The notes beneath the pieces were generated by a model that saw only the letters and a list, made by a program, of their open reading frames with translations, searched no databases and had not been told where the DNA came from. This document shows positions 9,179-18,499 of a stretch of 40,490 nt of DNA, one piece after another. The stretch is taken from assembly GCA_044507735.1 (NCBI GenBank), contig JBIQJB010000020.1, positions 1 through 40,490 of the forward strand. Direction: 5' to 3'. A program made the translations under genes and the position numbers. Within the stretch, counting starts at the first letter, position 1; the number at the start of each line of letters is the position of its first letter. The stretch comes from Nitrosopumilales archaeon (lineage in GTDB: Archaea; Thermoproteota; Nitrososphaeria; Nitrososphaerales; Nitrososphaeraceae).

Positions 9179-9875
9179 GATATTCACCAGCATCGAAGGG
9201 GAGGGGATAATGCTTGGTACCAAGACAATGTTTGTCAGGCTGGCAGGTTGCCCTCTAAAGTGCCACTGGTGCGACACACCTTATGCTTTACCCCTTGACA
9301 GCGGCTCCGACTACTCTGTAGAAGAGGTAAAAGACCTCATTTCAAAAGACCTCCAACCAAACACTTACAAGGTCAACTTTACTGGCGGCGAACCCCTCGT
9401 CCAGCACGAAGCAGTCATCGAGCTTGCCAAGTTTGTGAGGGAAAAAGGAATCAAGACATACCTAGAATCGGCATGCTATGATTCGTCAAGGTTCGCCAAG
9501 GTCTTGCCGTACATCGACATTGTCAAGATAGAGTTCAAGCTGAAGGACTCAAAGGCTGTTGACGAGAAGCACTATAGCAGTCTTTTAAAGAGCGAGTTTG
9601 ACTGCCTCAGGATGGCGATCGCAAGCGGAAAGACCACATACATCAAAGTAGTGGTAACAAACTCGTCAAGCCTGAAAGAATTCAAAGAACTGGTGCGCGA
9701 GGTGTTCAGAGTAGTGGATAAGCGAGAAGAGATAGCAGGATTTATAATACAGCCGAGCCATAAAGTGGATGAGCCAACATTGGATGTGCTTTTTGGCTTT
9801 TATGACGCTGTCTACCCGCTATATGATCAGGTTCGTATTGTCCCCCAGCTTCACAAGATTATAGGAATCAGGTAA
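9138..9875 (+). CDS. queE: 7-carboxy-7-deazaguanine synthase (radical SAM)
   Basis: EIFTSIEGEG, FVRLAGCPLKCHWCDT, TGGEPL, PQLHK. Confidence 0.93.
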   Translation: MQQRTAVTRAKLSEIFTSIEGEGIMLGTKTMFVRLAGCPLKCHWCDTPYALPLDSGSDYSVEEVKDLISKDLQPNTYKVNFTGGEPLVQHEAVIELAKFVREKGIKTYLESACYDSSRFAKVLPYIDIVKIEFKLKDSKAVDEKHYSSLLKSEFDCLRMAIASGKTTYIKVVVTNSSSLKEFKELVREVFRVVDKREEIAGFIIQPSHKVDEPTLDVLFGFYDAVYPLYDQVRIVPQLHKIIGIR

Positions 9876-9885
9876 AAACCAAGAA

Positions 9886-10494
9886 ATGACAACAACATCA
9901 ACGACGACAAAACCAACGCCAGAAAGGACGGCGATCAACAAGAGGAAGGTGGCCAAGCTCATAAGACAGCTGCTAATAGAATTAGGTGAAAATCCAGACA
10001 GAGAGGGACTTGCCAGCACTCCGAACAGGATAGCAGACATGTATGAAGAGATTTTTGGTGGCTACAGGATGGATGCGGAACTTGATGTCAGCTTTTCTGA
10101 AGAGACTGACGCCATAGTGGCAAAGGACATCCAGTTCTACAGTATGTGCGAGCACCACATGCTGCCATTCTTTGGCAAGATACACGTGGCATATGCGCCA
10201 TCAGGCAAGGTATTTGGTGTCTCAAAGCTAGTGCGGCTGGTCGAGAAATACTCTCGCCGCTTGCAGATTCAGGAGAGGCTCACAAAGCAGATAGCAGACG
10301 AACTGGTACGCATGGGAGTAAAGGGCGCGCTGGTGATTGCGGAAGGTGAACACTTGTGCATGAAGATGCGCGGCGTGCGCAACAACAGCTCGATAACCAC
10401 AATTGCTCACCGCGGCGTGATGGAGCAGAAAGAGATGCGTGAGCACGTGCTTGCACTCATTTACAACCCCAAGTCGGAAATGACCAGGGTGTAA
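9886..10494 (+). CDS. folE: GTP cyclohydrolase I (type IA)
   Basis: GENPDREGL.TP.R, SMCEHHMLPFFG, SKLVR, RLQIQERLT, HLCMKMRG. Confidence 0.95.
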   Translation: MTTTSTTTKPTPERTAINKRKVAKLIRQLLIELGENPDREGLASTPNRIADMYEEIFGGYRMDAELDVSFSEETDAIVAKDIQFYSMCEHHMLPFFGKIHVAYAPSGKVFGVSKLVRLVEKYSRRLQIQERLTKQIADELVRMGVKGALVIAEGEHLCMKMRGVRNNSSITTIAHRGVMEQKEMREHVLALIYNPKSEMTRV

Positions 10495-10940
10495 GGACCG
10501 CCTTTTTGATCTCTTTTGTCTGTTGCAGAGCGAATTGCATTAGACGCAGTTCCACCCGTTGGAATTGCCGGTGTCAATAAGGACAGCACACGCTTAGCCA
10601 TGCGATGTCGGCCTTCACTACAGTTTGCGCATCCAGACACTTGGTAATACGCGGGCTCCAGCGCTGCCTACGACGGCATGATATTGCGTGCAAAAGTTGT
10701 GGTACATTGCAGCAAAGTGTCGCAGTTTGAGCACACGCACACACACGCACAATTCTGCTATCGCTGGTCCAGGCAGCCCAAGATGCGCCCAGTAAACAAT
10801 TTCACCTTCTCCTTTTCAAAGGCCTTTTCACGTAAAAGAAGCGAGATTTTTTTCCCTATAGATAAAATGCAGAACCTATTTGAAGATCTGAAGCGTGTTT
10901 ATTATCACAAGAGTGCAGTCGATAATACTCTACCTTACGC

Positions 10941-12140
10941 TTGATAATGATTCAGCAGAGGGGAGATGACGAGCTAGGAGACATGGCTGATTCATGGGCA
11001 AACTGCCCGGTGTGTAATAGTCGATATGCAGCTTGGATGTCCTCCTGTCCGATGTGTGGCGTACCAAATAACTTTGTTCTGCCACCGCCAGCACGGAAGA
11101 GAATCGTTGCAGGCAAAGTGGTTGCCGGTATAGCGATCATTCTGGTAACTGCGGTGCTATTGGCTATGGTAGCTCCCTCACTGATAGAGGCAATTCGCCA
11201 ACAGCAGCAGGAAGGCAGCCCTGTGATCAGGATTCTGCAGCCGCACATTCCAGCGTCAAGTACGACAGTCCCGCATGAAGAGCTGGTGCAGCACGCTCTA
11301 GACCTCATCAACAAGGACAGGGCAGACCACGACCTTCCGCCGGTGGAGCTTGCTGACAATCAGGCGGCACAGATGCATGCAGAAGATGTCTTTAACACCA
11401 AACAGATATCGCACTGGATGACAAACGGAGAGAAGCCCTACATGACATATACCCGATATGGAGGTCAAGGTAGCGTGCAGCAGAACGTGGCAATAGCGGG
11501 CTTTAGCGCGTCCCAGTACGAGGAATGCCGTACCAGCATACTGGTCAATTGTGAAAGGATAGACCCGCTGCCTACCATAGAGGAGCTAGAATACGAAATG
11601 ATGTATAACGACGAGGAATGCTGCAGCGACGGACACAAGAACAACATCCTGGATCCGCACCACACCCACGTGAGTATCGGAATTGTATATGACGAATACT
11701 ATTTGGTGCTGGTACAGAATTTCGAAAACAGCTACGGGCTTGACGTGGACATCGACAACGGCCAGGTAAGGATCAGTGGCGAGCTTGCTGAAGTAGAGCT
11801 TGAGCAGGTGAACATTTACTATGACAAGACGCCTGACAGCGAATCCTATGAGGAGAACAGACACAGGCTGTCATATTCCACGGGCGAGCTTGTGGCCATA
11901 GTGGTCAGACCACTGCCGCCGGGCTACTATTATGAAATGCGGACGGATGAGTATTCGCTTATCGAAGCGGACAGGTGGGAGGACGGAGATGGCGACTTTG
12001 TAGATATTACCTTCGATCTTGCCGAAGCGGTCGAGGACGATGGCGTCTACACGCTATTTGCGATCGTAAAGGACGGCGATGAAACTTTTGATGTAACTTC
12101 ATATTCGGTTTTCGTAGACTCGGAAGATGATGGCAGCTAG
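10941..12140 (+). CDS. Membrane-anchored CAP/SCP-domain protein with N-terminal zinc ribbon
   Basis: CPVC..CPMC ribbon, a TM helix, then LINKDR..L.P, AQMHAEDV, SHW, GHKNNILDP, VSIGI CAP motifs. Acidic C-terminus. Start uncertain. Confidence 0.85.
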   Translation: MIMIQQRGDDELGDMADSWANCPVCNSRYAAWMSSCPMCGVPNNFVLPPPARKRIVAGKVVAGIAIILVTAVLLAMVAPSLIEAIRQQQQEGSPVIRILQPHIPASSTTVPHEELVQHALDLINKDRADHDLPPVELADNQAAQMHAEDVFNTKQISHWMTNGEKPYMTYTRYGGQGSVQQNVAIAGFSASQYEECRTSILVNCERIDPLPTIEELEYEMMYNDEECCSDGHKNNILDPHHTHVSIGIVYDEYYLVLVQNFENSYGLDVDIDNGQVRISGELAEVELEQVNIYYDKTPDSESYEENRHRLSYSTGELVAIVVRPLPPGYYYEMRTDEYSLIEADRWEDGDGDFVDITFDLAEAVEDDGVYTLFAIVKDGDETFDVTSYSVFVDSEDDGS

Positions 12141-12422
12141 CACAATGCAAAAAGTGCGATCGAAAGAACGACTGCTGTATGCCACTTGGGCGAATGAGCA
12201 CATACAGTGAAGAGCAGTTGTCCACCCAATTCCAGGCATGCAGCCTAAGTATCTCGGAGCACATCAAGTATCCCAACTTCACCTGAGTGAAGGTGCAGGA
12301 GCAAATTGTTCACGGAGGAATTTCATTTGCTTTGGTTGCAAAAGCAGTCATGCTGCACATAGGGGCGATATCTGAGCTCTGAAACTTATATTCTAGAACG
12401 TGCAAATAATCATGTTAACAAT

Positions 12423-12926
12423 ATGAGCGAAACTCCAAACTCAACCCCACAACCTCCTACTGAGATACTGCTTGCCAGCTGGGGGGAGCGCTTTTTGGCA
12501 TGGCTAATCGACTTTATCATAGTAAACACGGTGCTATGGGCGATATTTGCAGCGATTGCATTTCCATTCTGGGTCACTGGTGCACCCGATAGATGGTTTG
12601 ACAGAGGAGAAGGACCAATAGGATGGGCTGCCACTAGCCTTGTCTTTTTTGCTTACTGGATATACTTTGAAACTACTACGGGCCAGTCGCTTGGCAAGAT
12701 GGCGCTTAAGATAAAGACAACAGATTTGGCGGGAAACAAGATCGACGTCAGGAGCGCCGCGATAGAAAGTTTTGGTAAGGCTTTCCTCTTGCCAATTGAC
12801 GTGATCCTCGGTTGGATATTCACAAACGACAAGAGGCAGAGAATATTCAGCAGGGCAGGAAACACGATCGTGATCAAGGCAAAGCCCGTGATCAACGAAG
12901 GGCAAATCAGATACACAAAGACGTGA
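12423..12926 (+). CDS. RDD family membrane protein
   Basis: ASWGERFLAWLIDF, GQSLGK, RQR near the C-terminus. Confidence 0.9.
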   Translation: MSETPNSTPQPPTEILLASWGERFLAWLIDFIIVNTVLWAIFAAIAFPFWVTGAPDRWFDRGEGPIGWAATSLVFFAYWIYFETTTGQSLGKMALKIKTTDLAGNKIDVRSAAIESFGKAFLLPIDVILGWIFTNDKRQRIFSRAGNTIVIKAKPVINEGQIRYTKT

Positions 12927-13170
12927 TCAGGACAACAAAAGTGGTACGACAGCACGGATAGGTAGGCATTATCATGCAACGCCACCATTGGCCAAATTGT
13001 GCCATGGTGCGCGCATATTGCTCGCCTACACCGTTATACCATGCTGAAACCCGCAAGATTGCGAGTGATCATAATTTAGATCAAGTCATATATTTAAGAT
13101 CTGTGTTAGAATTCTCCACATATTGCGTCAACTCATTTATACCTAACATGACACTATAGAACATTCTCTG

Positions 13171-13500
13171 ATGACAAGAATCCCTTTGAATCAAGGAGAA
13201 AAAAGCTCTGGCCCCTTTTGTCAAGTCAGCGGCTGCTTTGAACCAGCCGACTACTGCATCATTCTCAAAGGGTCAGAGGAGCCAGACTATTACGAAGTCA
13301 GCAAGGAGAGCAACTACGAAAAGATAGGTAAGTGCTTTGATGGTGGTGACTTCGAGGAGAAAGAGTTTGAGGGATTCAAGATGGCGATATACTTTTGCGG
13401 CAAGCATGACAGTGAATTCAAATGTCTCATCCGTGGAAGCGAGCTTCGGATTGCAAGGCGCCAAGACCTTCGCGCTCTAGAAATTCGACAGGGTCGATGA
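13171..13500 (+). CDS. Hypothetical protein, possible Zn-binding (CxxxxC...CxxH)
   Basis: 109-aa ORF with CQVSGC and FCGKH. AT-rich promoter-like upstream region (tttata near 13136). Confidence 0.6.
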   Translation: MTRIPLNQGEKSSGPFCQVSGCFEPADYCIILKGSEEPDYYEVSKESNYEKIGKCFDGGDFEEKEFEGFKMAIYFCGKHDSEFKCLIRGSELRIARRQDLRALEIRQGR

Positions 13501-13828
13501 GCCGCCAGCTATCAAGCTCGTAAAACAATATGGAGAACTTGTCATTTGAAAAGCCAGGTGGAAACTGCTGGAATGTCGATACCACTGGCAGACCACTGTC
13601 TTTTTCTGAAAGATCCTTTAGCCTCTTTACCTCAAAACCCTTCAGGCGAGGTATGCCCAGACTCGCCTTGACCTGTATGAACCACTTGTGATCATTGCAT
13701 GTAGCGACAATGTCAGCGGGTCCCCTGCTTCCGGGGGACAACCAGACATCCCAGCCAACAGCCTTCAGGTAGAGCGCTACCAGGTATTCAGCCTCGCGGC
13801 CAAACTTGCTCCAAGAGTAATTATGCAA
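13427..13828 (-). CDS. Hjc-like PD-(D/E)XK endonuclease
   Basis: GREAE..VA.YL...GW.V..S.GS.GPADIVA...FIQVK, the Holliday-junction-resolvase-like core. Confidence 0.75.
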   Translation of the reverse strand: MHNYSWSKFGREAEYLVALYLKAVGWDVWLSPGSRGPADIVATCNDHKWFIQVKASLGIPRLKGFEVKRLKDLSEKDSGLPVVSTFQQFPPGFSNDKFSILFYELDSWRLIDPVEFLEREGLGALQSEARFHG

Positions 13829-13939
13829 TCAAGCCGAAGGCGCTTCAATCTCATATAGCTGTTTCTGGTCGCGATCTTTTACCACCTGCTCAACAAGATA
13901 CATATGTGACAGCTGGAGCGTACGTGCCTGTCTCCGTCT

Positions 13940-15757
13940 ATGAGTACCACTACCCCTTTTTCAGCTTTGAAGGTTGGACGATGGGACCTTGCAGACCTTG
14001 TAAGGGACCCTTCGGGTGACGAATTCGCACAGCTTTTGAAGTCCATTGAAGCAGAGGTTGCACAGTTTGAAAGAAATAGACAGATCCTGCGGCCAGACAT
14101 CACTTCGTCCGAATTTGAGGGATTGCTCCACAAGATCGAGGAGATATCCGAAAAGATCGCGGTGGCTAGCGGCTATGCTCACCTGCGTTACTACGCGGAC
14201 ACCTCTTCGAACGAGGCATCGGCTCTTGTTATCAGGATTGAGAAGTTGGCATCCGACATTGGTAACAGGACACTCTTCTTTGACCTTTGGTTCAAGAGGG
14301 AACTTGACGAAGCAAATGCAAACAGGCTGATCGGCTCTGTCCCGGAGGTATACAGAGAGTATCTCCGGCACAAGCGCCTGGTAGCCAGGCATTCGCTAAG
14401 CGAACCGGAAGAGAAGATCATCAATACTCTTGAAGTCACGGGCACGGGTGCGCTCGTAAAGATCTATGACAAGATGACAAGCGCCTTTGAATTTACCATG
14501 AAGCTAAAGCGGGGTAGAAGAATAATAGAGAAAAAGTTTGACAACAAGGAAAAGCTCGTATCGCTTGTCAGAAGCCCGGACGCAGCCACCAGAGAAGCGG
14601 CATACAAGTCGCTGCTAGAGGTCTATAGGAGGAACAGCGGCGTGCTGGGAGAGATATACCAGAACATTGCAATTCAGTGGCGCGATGAGGCTATCACGAT
14701 GCGCGGCTACAAATCGCCCATCTCTGTCCGCAACACAGCAAACAACTTGGATGACACCACTGTAGAGGCCCTGCTTGCCTCCTGCAAGAAGAACACGGCC
14801 ATCTTTCAGGACTACTTTAGAGAGAAGGCCAGGATGCTTGGAATGAAAAAGCTGCGCAGATACGACCTTTATGCGCCCATTTCTACCAGGGCCAAGGACA
14901 GCAGAAAGTTCACTTTTGGAAAGGCAGTCACAAGTGTGCTTGACACCTTTGGTGACTTTGACCCCCAGATCCGTGCTCTTGCCGAGCGCGTCTTTATTGA
15001 ACGTCATGTTGACTCGGAGATCAGGAAGGCAAAGCGTGGTGGCGCATTCTGCTACACGGTCACTCCCAAGAGGACACCCTACGTGCTCCTGAACTTTGAT
15101 GGCCAGACACGGGACGTTGCCACCCTTGCGCACGAATTTGGCCACGCCATCCACAGCATGCTTGCTTCAGAGATGCCGATAATGGTGTCTCATGCGCCGC
15201 TGCCACTTGCAGAGACTGCATCCGTATTTGCAGAGATGCTACTCAATGAAAAGCTGGCGGAGAAGATGAAAGACAGCGAGCGCAGGATCCTGCTAGCGGA
15301 AAAGATAGACGATATTTATGCCACCACCCTCAGGCAGGCATATTTCACGCTTTTTGAAATCGACGCGCACAGGGCAATAGCTGAAAACAACGCGACGATC
15401 GATGCCATCGCCAAGATCTACTTTGACAACCTAAATGACCAGTTTGGCAGTTCGATTGCATTGTCGTCCGACTTTCAGTGGGAGTGGGTATACATCCCGC
15501 ACTTTTACCACACGCCATTCTACACATACGCCTACTCGTTTGGCAACCTTCTAGTACTCTCTCTCTACCGCCAGTACAAGCTCGAAGGCAAGTCATTTGT
15601 GCCGAAATATCTCAAGATACTATCCGCGGGTGGGTCGAGAAAGCCTGAAGAGCTCTTGATGGAGGCCGGAGTGGATATCTCTAGAGAGGAATTTTGGCAG
15701 CAAGGGTTCGACTATGCAAAAGAAATGATACAGCAGCTGAAATCACTTGCGCCATGA
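13940..15757 (+). CDS. pepF: Oligoendopeptidase F (M3B peptidase)
   Basis: WDLADL N-terminus, KRGGAFC, TLAHEFGHAIH (HExxH), AETAS, IPHFYHTPFYTYAY. Confidence 0.92.
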   Translation: MSTTTPFSALKVGRWDLADLVRDPSGDEFAQLLKSIEAEVAQFERNRQILRPDITSSEFEGLLHKIEEISEKIAVASGYAHLRYYADTSSNEASALVIRIEKLASDIGNRTLFFDLWFKRELDEANANRLIGSVPEVYREYLRHKRLVARHSLSEPEEKIINTLEVTGTGALVKIYDKMTSAFEFTMKLKRGRRIIEKKFDNKEKLVSLVRSPDAATREAAYKSLLEVYRRNSGVLGEIYQNIAIQWRDEAITMRGYKSPISVRNTANNLDDTTVEALLASCKKNTAIFQDYFREKARMLGMKKLRRYDLYAPISTRAKDSRKFTFGKAVTSVLDTFGDFDPQIRALAERVFIERHVDSEIRKAKRGGAFCYTVTPKRTPYVLLNFDGQTRDVATLAHEFGHAIHSMLASEMPIMVSHAPLPLAETASVFAEMLLNEKLAEKMKDSERRILLAEKIDDIYATTLRQAYFTLFEIDAHRAIAENNATIDAIAKIYFDNLNDQFGSSIALSSDFQWEWVYIPHFYHTPFYTYAYSFGNLLVLSLYRQYKLEGKSFVPKYLKILSAGGSRKPEELLMEAGVDISREEFWQQGFDYAKEMIQQLKSLAP

Positions 15758-16637
15758 CAATGCGATACTTGCAGTTTGCATAGTCGGATCAATGGCTGCC
15801 GGCGTGTTCCTGCCGGCTGCAGGCCTGCTGGTTGAGCCTTACATCCTTGTGTGGCTTGGCGCCCTCCTCTTCTTCAACCTCATCAGGCTAAACACTTCTG
15901 ATCTGGTTGCGACCTTCACAAGGCCTCGGCAGCTTGTAGTACTCTCTGCCGTCAAGCTGATCGCACTGCCGCTAGGCATGTATGGCCTCACGTATTTCGT
16001 GTATCCGCCCTTCGCTCTCCCAGTCCTGCTCCTCTCTGGGATTTCGACAGGACTTGGTGCGCCATTCGTTGTCAACCTGATAGGCGGCAGGCTTGCCATC
16101 GTAGTGGGAATGATAATAACGACATCTCTAGCAGTGCCCTTTATCCTACCAGCTCTGGTCTATGCACTGGTAGGCTCGCAGCTGGAAATCCCCGTACTTG
16201 ACATGGTAATCCTGCTTGCGGCTGCGCTTTTCACTCCCCTCGCAGCAGGGTGGTTAGCGAAAAGGCATTTCCCGACTGCATCAAGGTTTGCCGACAAAAA
16301 CTCATTCCCGTTGTCACTGGTCTTTATCGTGCTGATCAACTTTGGCATGTTTGCCAAGTTCTCAAGTTATTTTTATGAGGAGCAAGTGTTTCTGTTGCAG
16401 ACTGTTGCAACGGCATTCTTGTGTTATGCTGTCTATGGCATCATAGGATACGCAATTGCGGCGGGAGACCGGCACGAAAGGAACGCCGGCATGATATCTA
16501 TGACTTATGTCAATAACGTGCTTGTGGCTGTGCTTGCCCTTCAGTTCTTCGGTCCGCAGGTCGCCGCTCTTGCGGCGATCTATAACATCCCATATTATGG
16601 CGGCATTGTGGCTATCAAGAAATTCGTCCCCAGGTAG
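15747..16637 (+). CDS. Bile acid:Na+ symporter (SBF/BASS) family transporter
   Basis: About 9-10 hydrophobic helices with the family-like pattern (KLIALP, NLIGG, NN.LV). Substrate unknown. Confidence 0.7.
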   Translation: MRHDNAILAVCIVGSMAAGVFLPAAGLLVEPYILVWLGALLFFNLIRLNTSDLVATFTRPRQLVVLSAVKLIALPLGMYGLTYFVYPPFALPVLLLSGISTGLGAPFVVNLIGGRLAIVVGMIITTSLAVPFILPALVYALVGSQLEIPVLDMVILLAAALFTPLAAGWLAKRHFPTASRFADKNSFPLSLVFIVLINFGMFAKFSSYFYEEQVFLLQTVATAFLCYAVYGIIGYAIAAGDRHERNAGMISMTYVNNVLVAVLALQFFGPQVAALAAIYNIPYYGGIVAIKKFVPR

Positions 16638-16676
16638 CAGGTAGGTATATCTTTCTGAAATTCACATTTTGAAAAT

Positions 16677-16865
16677 ATGCCAGTGATTCAGGTAACCATG
16701 AGCCAAGGAAGGACTGTTGAGCAAAAGAGAGAGCTTGTTAGTGTCTTGACAAGAGAAGCGGCAAGAATTCTTAAAACAAGGGAGGAGAGCATCCGATTCC
16801 TCATTTACGAGGTGTCGAAAGAGAATTGGGGCGATGCGGGTGTGCTGGGGCTTGACATGAAATAG
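16677..16865 (+). CDS. 4-oxalocrotonate tautomerase family protein
   Basis: 62 aa with the catalytic Pro directly after Met, GRTVEQK, and EVSKENWG..G. Confidence 0.9.
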   Translation: MPVIQVTMSQGRTVEQKRELVSVLTREAARILKTREESIRFLIYEVSKENWGDAGVLGLDMK

Positions 16866-16927
16866 GCAGGGAGTCATTTTGCATATCGACCACAGGACAA
16901 GACTTTTTAGTTCTTTGTTGAGAAAAA

Positions 16928-18496
16928 GTGCCAGTGCTCAAAGCGAGCCTGAACTATGATAAAGGCACCATAGTCATCAAGGGTCTTGCACACATCCCTT
17001 TTGCAACGCTGGACCCCCGGAGCAATGTATTGCGAGCACAGGCTCACTATTACGCAAACATAATAGATTATCTGAAGCAAAGCGGAATAGAGTTTACCGA
17101 CACTGTCTTCTCCAATGCCATAGCATCTCCAGATTTTCGATCTGGCAGTAGTAATGATGACGGAGGCAGTTCAACAAATGGCAAGGGGCCATATGCTGCT
17201 GCCTCAATTTCGCTGAGAGATTATCAGCAGAGAGCACTCGAGAGCTGGATCCGCGCAGGAATGAGGGGCTCCGTTGTTCTGCCTACGGGTTCAGGCAAAA
17301 CAATTGTAGGTATCAAGGCAATAGAGAAAGTAAATGCCTCCTCGCTGATAGTTGTTCCAACTCTTGATTTGATGGATCAGTGGACTGGAATTCTTACAAA
17401 ACATTTTCCGTTCACGAAAATAGGAAATCTTGGAGGCGGGATGGATGACATCCAGCCGATTACGGTATCAACATATGACTCTGCCTACTTGCGTGCCCCA
17501 CTGCTTGGCAACAAATTTTCCCTAGTAATATTTGATGAAGTGCATCATCTAGCAGCTCCCGGATACAGGACTATTGCAGAGCAAATGGCGGCTCCTTACA
17601 GGCTAGGGCTTACTGCCACTATTGAAAGGGAAGACGAGCTTCACAGGGATCTGCCAAGGCTCATAGGAGATGTGGTATATCGGGCAAGCGTTGACACTCT
17701 GGCCAAGAAGAAGCATCTTGCTCCTTACGAGATCGAAAGGAGGAAGGTTCAGCTCCTGCCAGAGGAGCTGAGAGAGTACAATGAGAACATGTCTACTTAC
17801 AGGCAGTGCCTGAGCAAGATCATGAAGACAGCCGGCAGAGGCTACTACAATATCACCTTTGAAAAATTGATAATGATGTCAGGCAAGAATCCAGTCGCAA
17901 GGGCAGCTCTTCTTGCAAGGAACAGGGCTACGAACATCGCGCTGAATAGCAGGGCCAAGATAGAAGAGCTCAAAGAGATCCTGGCAGAGAATCAGGGAAA
18001 AAAGACCATCATATTTACCCAGCACAATAGCTTGGTTTACCAAATATCAGACAAGTTCCTGATACCATTCATAACATACAAGACAAACAAGGAAGAGAGA
18101 CAAGATGTCCTCAGAGGTTTCAAAGAAGGACGGTACATGGCCATCGCCACATCAAAAGTACTGGACGAAGGTGTTGACGTGCCTGATGCAGAACTTGGAA
18201 TAATAGTAAGTGGAACAGGTAGCGGGAGGGAGTTCATCCAGAGACTCGGAAGATTGCTCAGGCCAAGGCCCGTAGTTGCCAATACTGCCTCCGGCTCGGC
18301 CAATCGGGCTGACTATGACAAGCAGGCCAGGCTGATTGAGATTGTTTCCTCAGAGACGAGAGAAGAAACCGTCACAAGTGCAAAAAGGAAGAGAGCCCTG
18401 AGATCAATTGGGCAGCATGGCAGGAGTGGTGTCGATGAAGGCGACGGCGATGTCATCGATGAAAGTGACTTGCGCGGAGATCGCGTGGAAAGATAG
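16928..18496 (+). CDS. xpb: XPB/Rad25-like SF2 helicase
   Basis: LRDYQ, PTGSGKT, DEVHH, GLTATIERED (RED motif), DEGVDVPDA, QRLGRLLR. Confidence 0.9.
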   Translation: MPVLKASLNYDKGTIVIKGLAHIPFATLDPRSNVLRAQAHYYANIIDYLKQSGIEFTDTVFSNAIASPDFRSGSSNDDGGSSTNGKGPYAAASISLRDYQQRALESWIRAGMRGSVVLPTGSGKTIVGIKAIEKVNASSLIVVPTLDLMDQWTGILTKHFPFTKIGNLGGGMDDIQPITVSTYDSAYLRAPLLGNKFSLVIFDEVHHLAAPGYRTIAEQMAAPYRLGLTATIEREDELHRDLPRLIGDVVYRASVDTLAKKKHLAPYEIERRKVQLLPEELREYNENMSTYRQCLSKIMKTAGRGYYNITFEKLIMMSGKNPVARAALLARNRATNIALNSRAKIEELKEILAENQGKKTIIFTQHNSLVYQISDKFLIPFITYKTNKEERQDVLRGFKEGRYMAIATSKVLDEGVDVPDAELGIIVSGTGSGREFIQRLGRLLRPRPVVANTASGSANRADYDKQARLIEIVSSETREETVTSAKRKRALRSIGQHGRSGVDEGDGDVIDESDLRGDRVER

Positions 18497-18499
18497 GAC

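Noticed and set aside
8438-10494. queC/queE/folE as a Dpd DNA 7-deazaguanine modification or defence island
   Set aside because: No dpdA/TGT-like or other dpd genes nearby. The context is tRNA-modification housekeeping, so archaeosine precursor supply is the simpler explanation.
10668-10760. Minus-strand Cys-rich frame NCACVCVCSNCD
   Set aside because: Produced by the CA dinucleotide tract; it has an in-frame stop just upstream and no convincing start.
12141-12290. Plus-strand frame QCKKCDRKNDCC after the CAP gene
   Set aside because: No start codon before the Cys cluster (in-frame TGA just upstream), so it cannot be supported as a gene.
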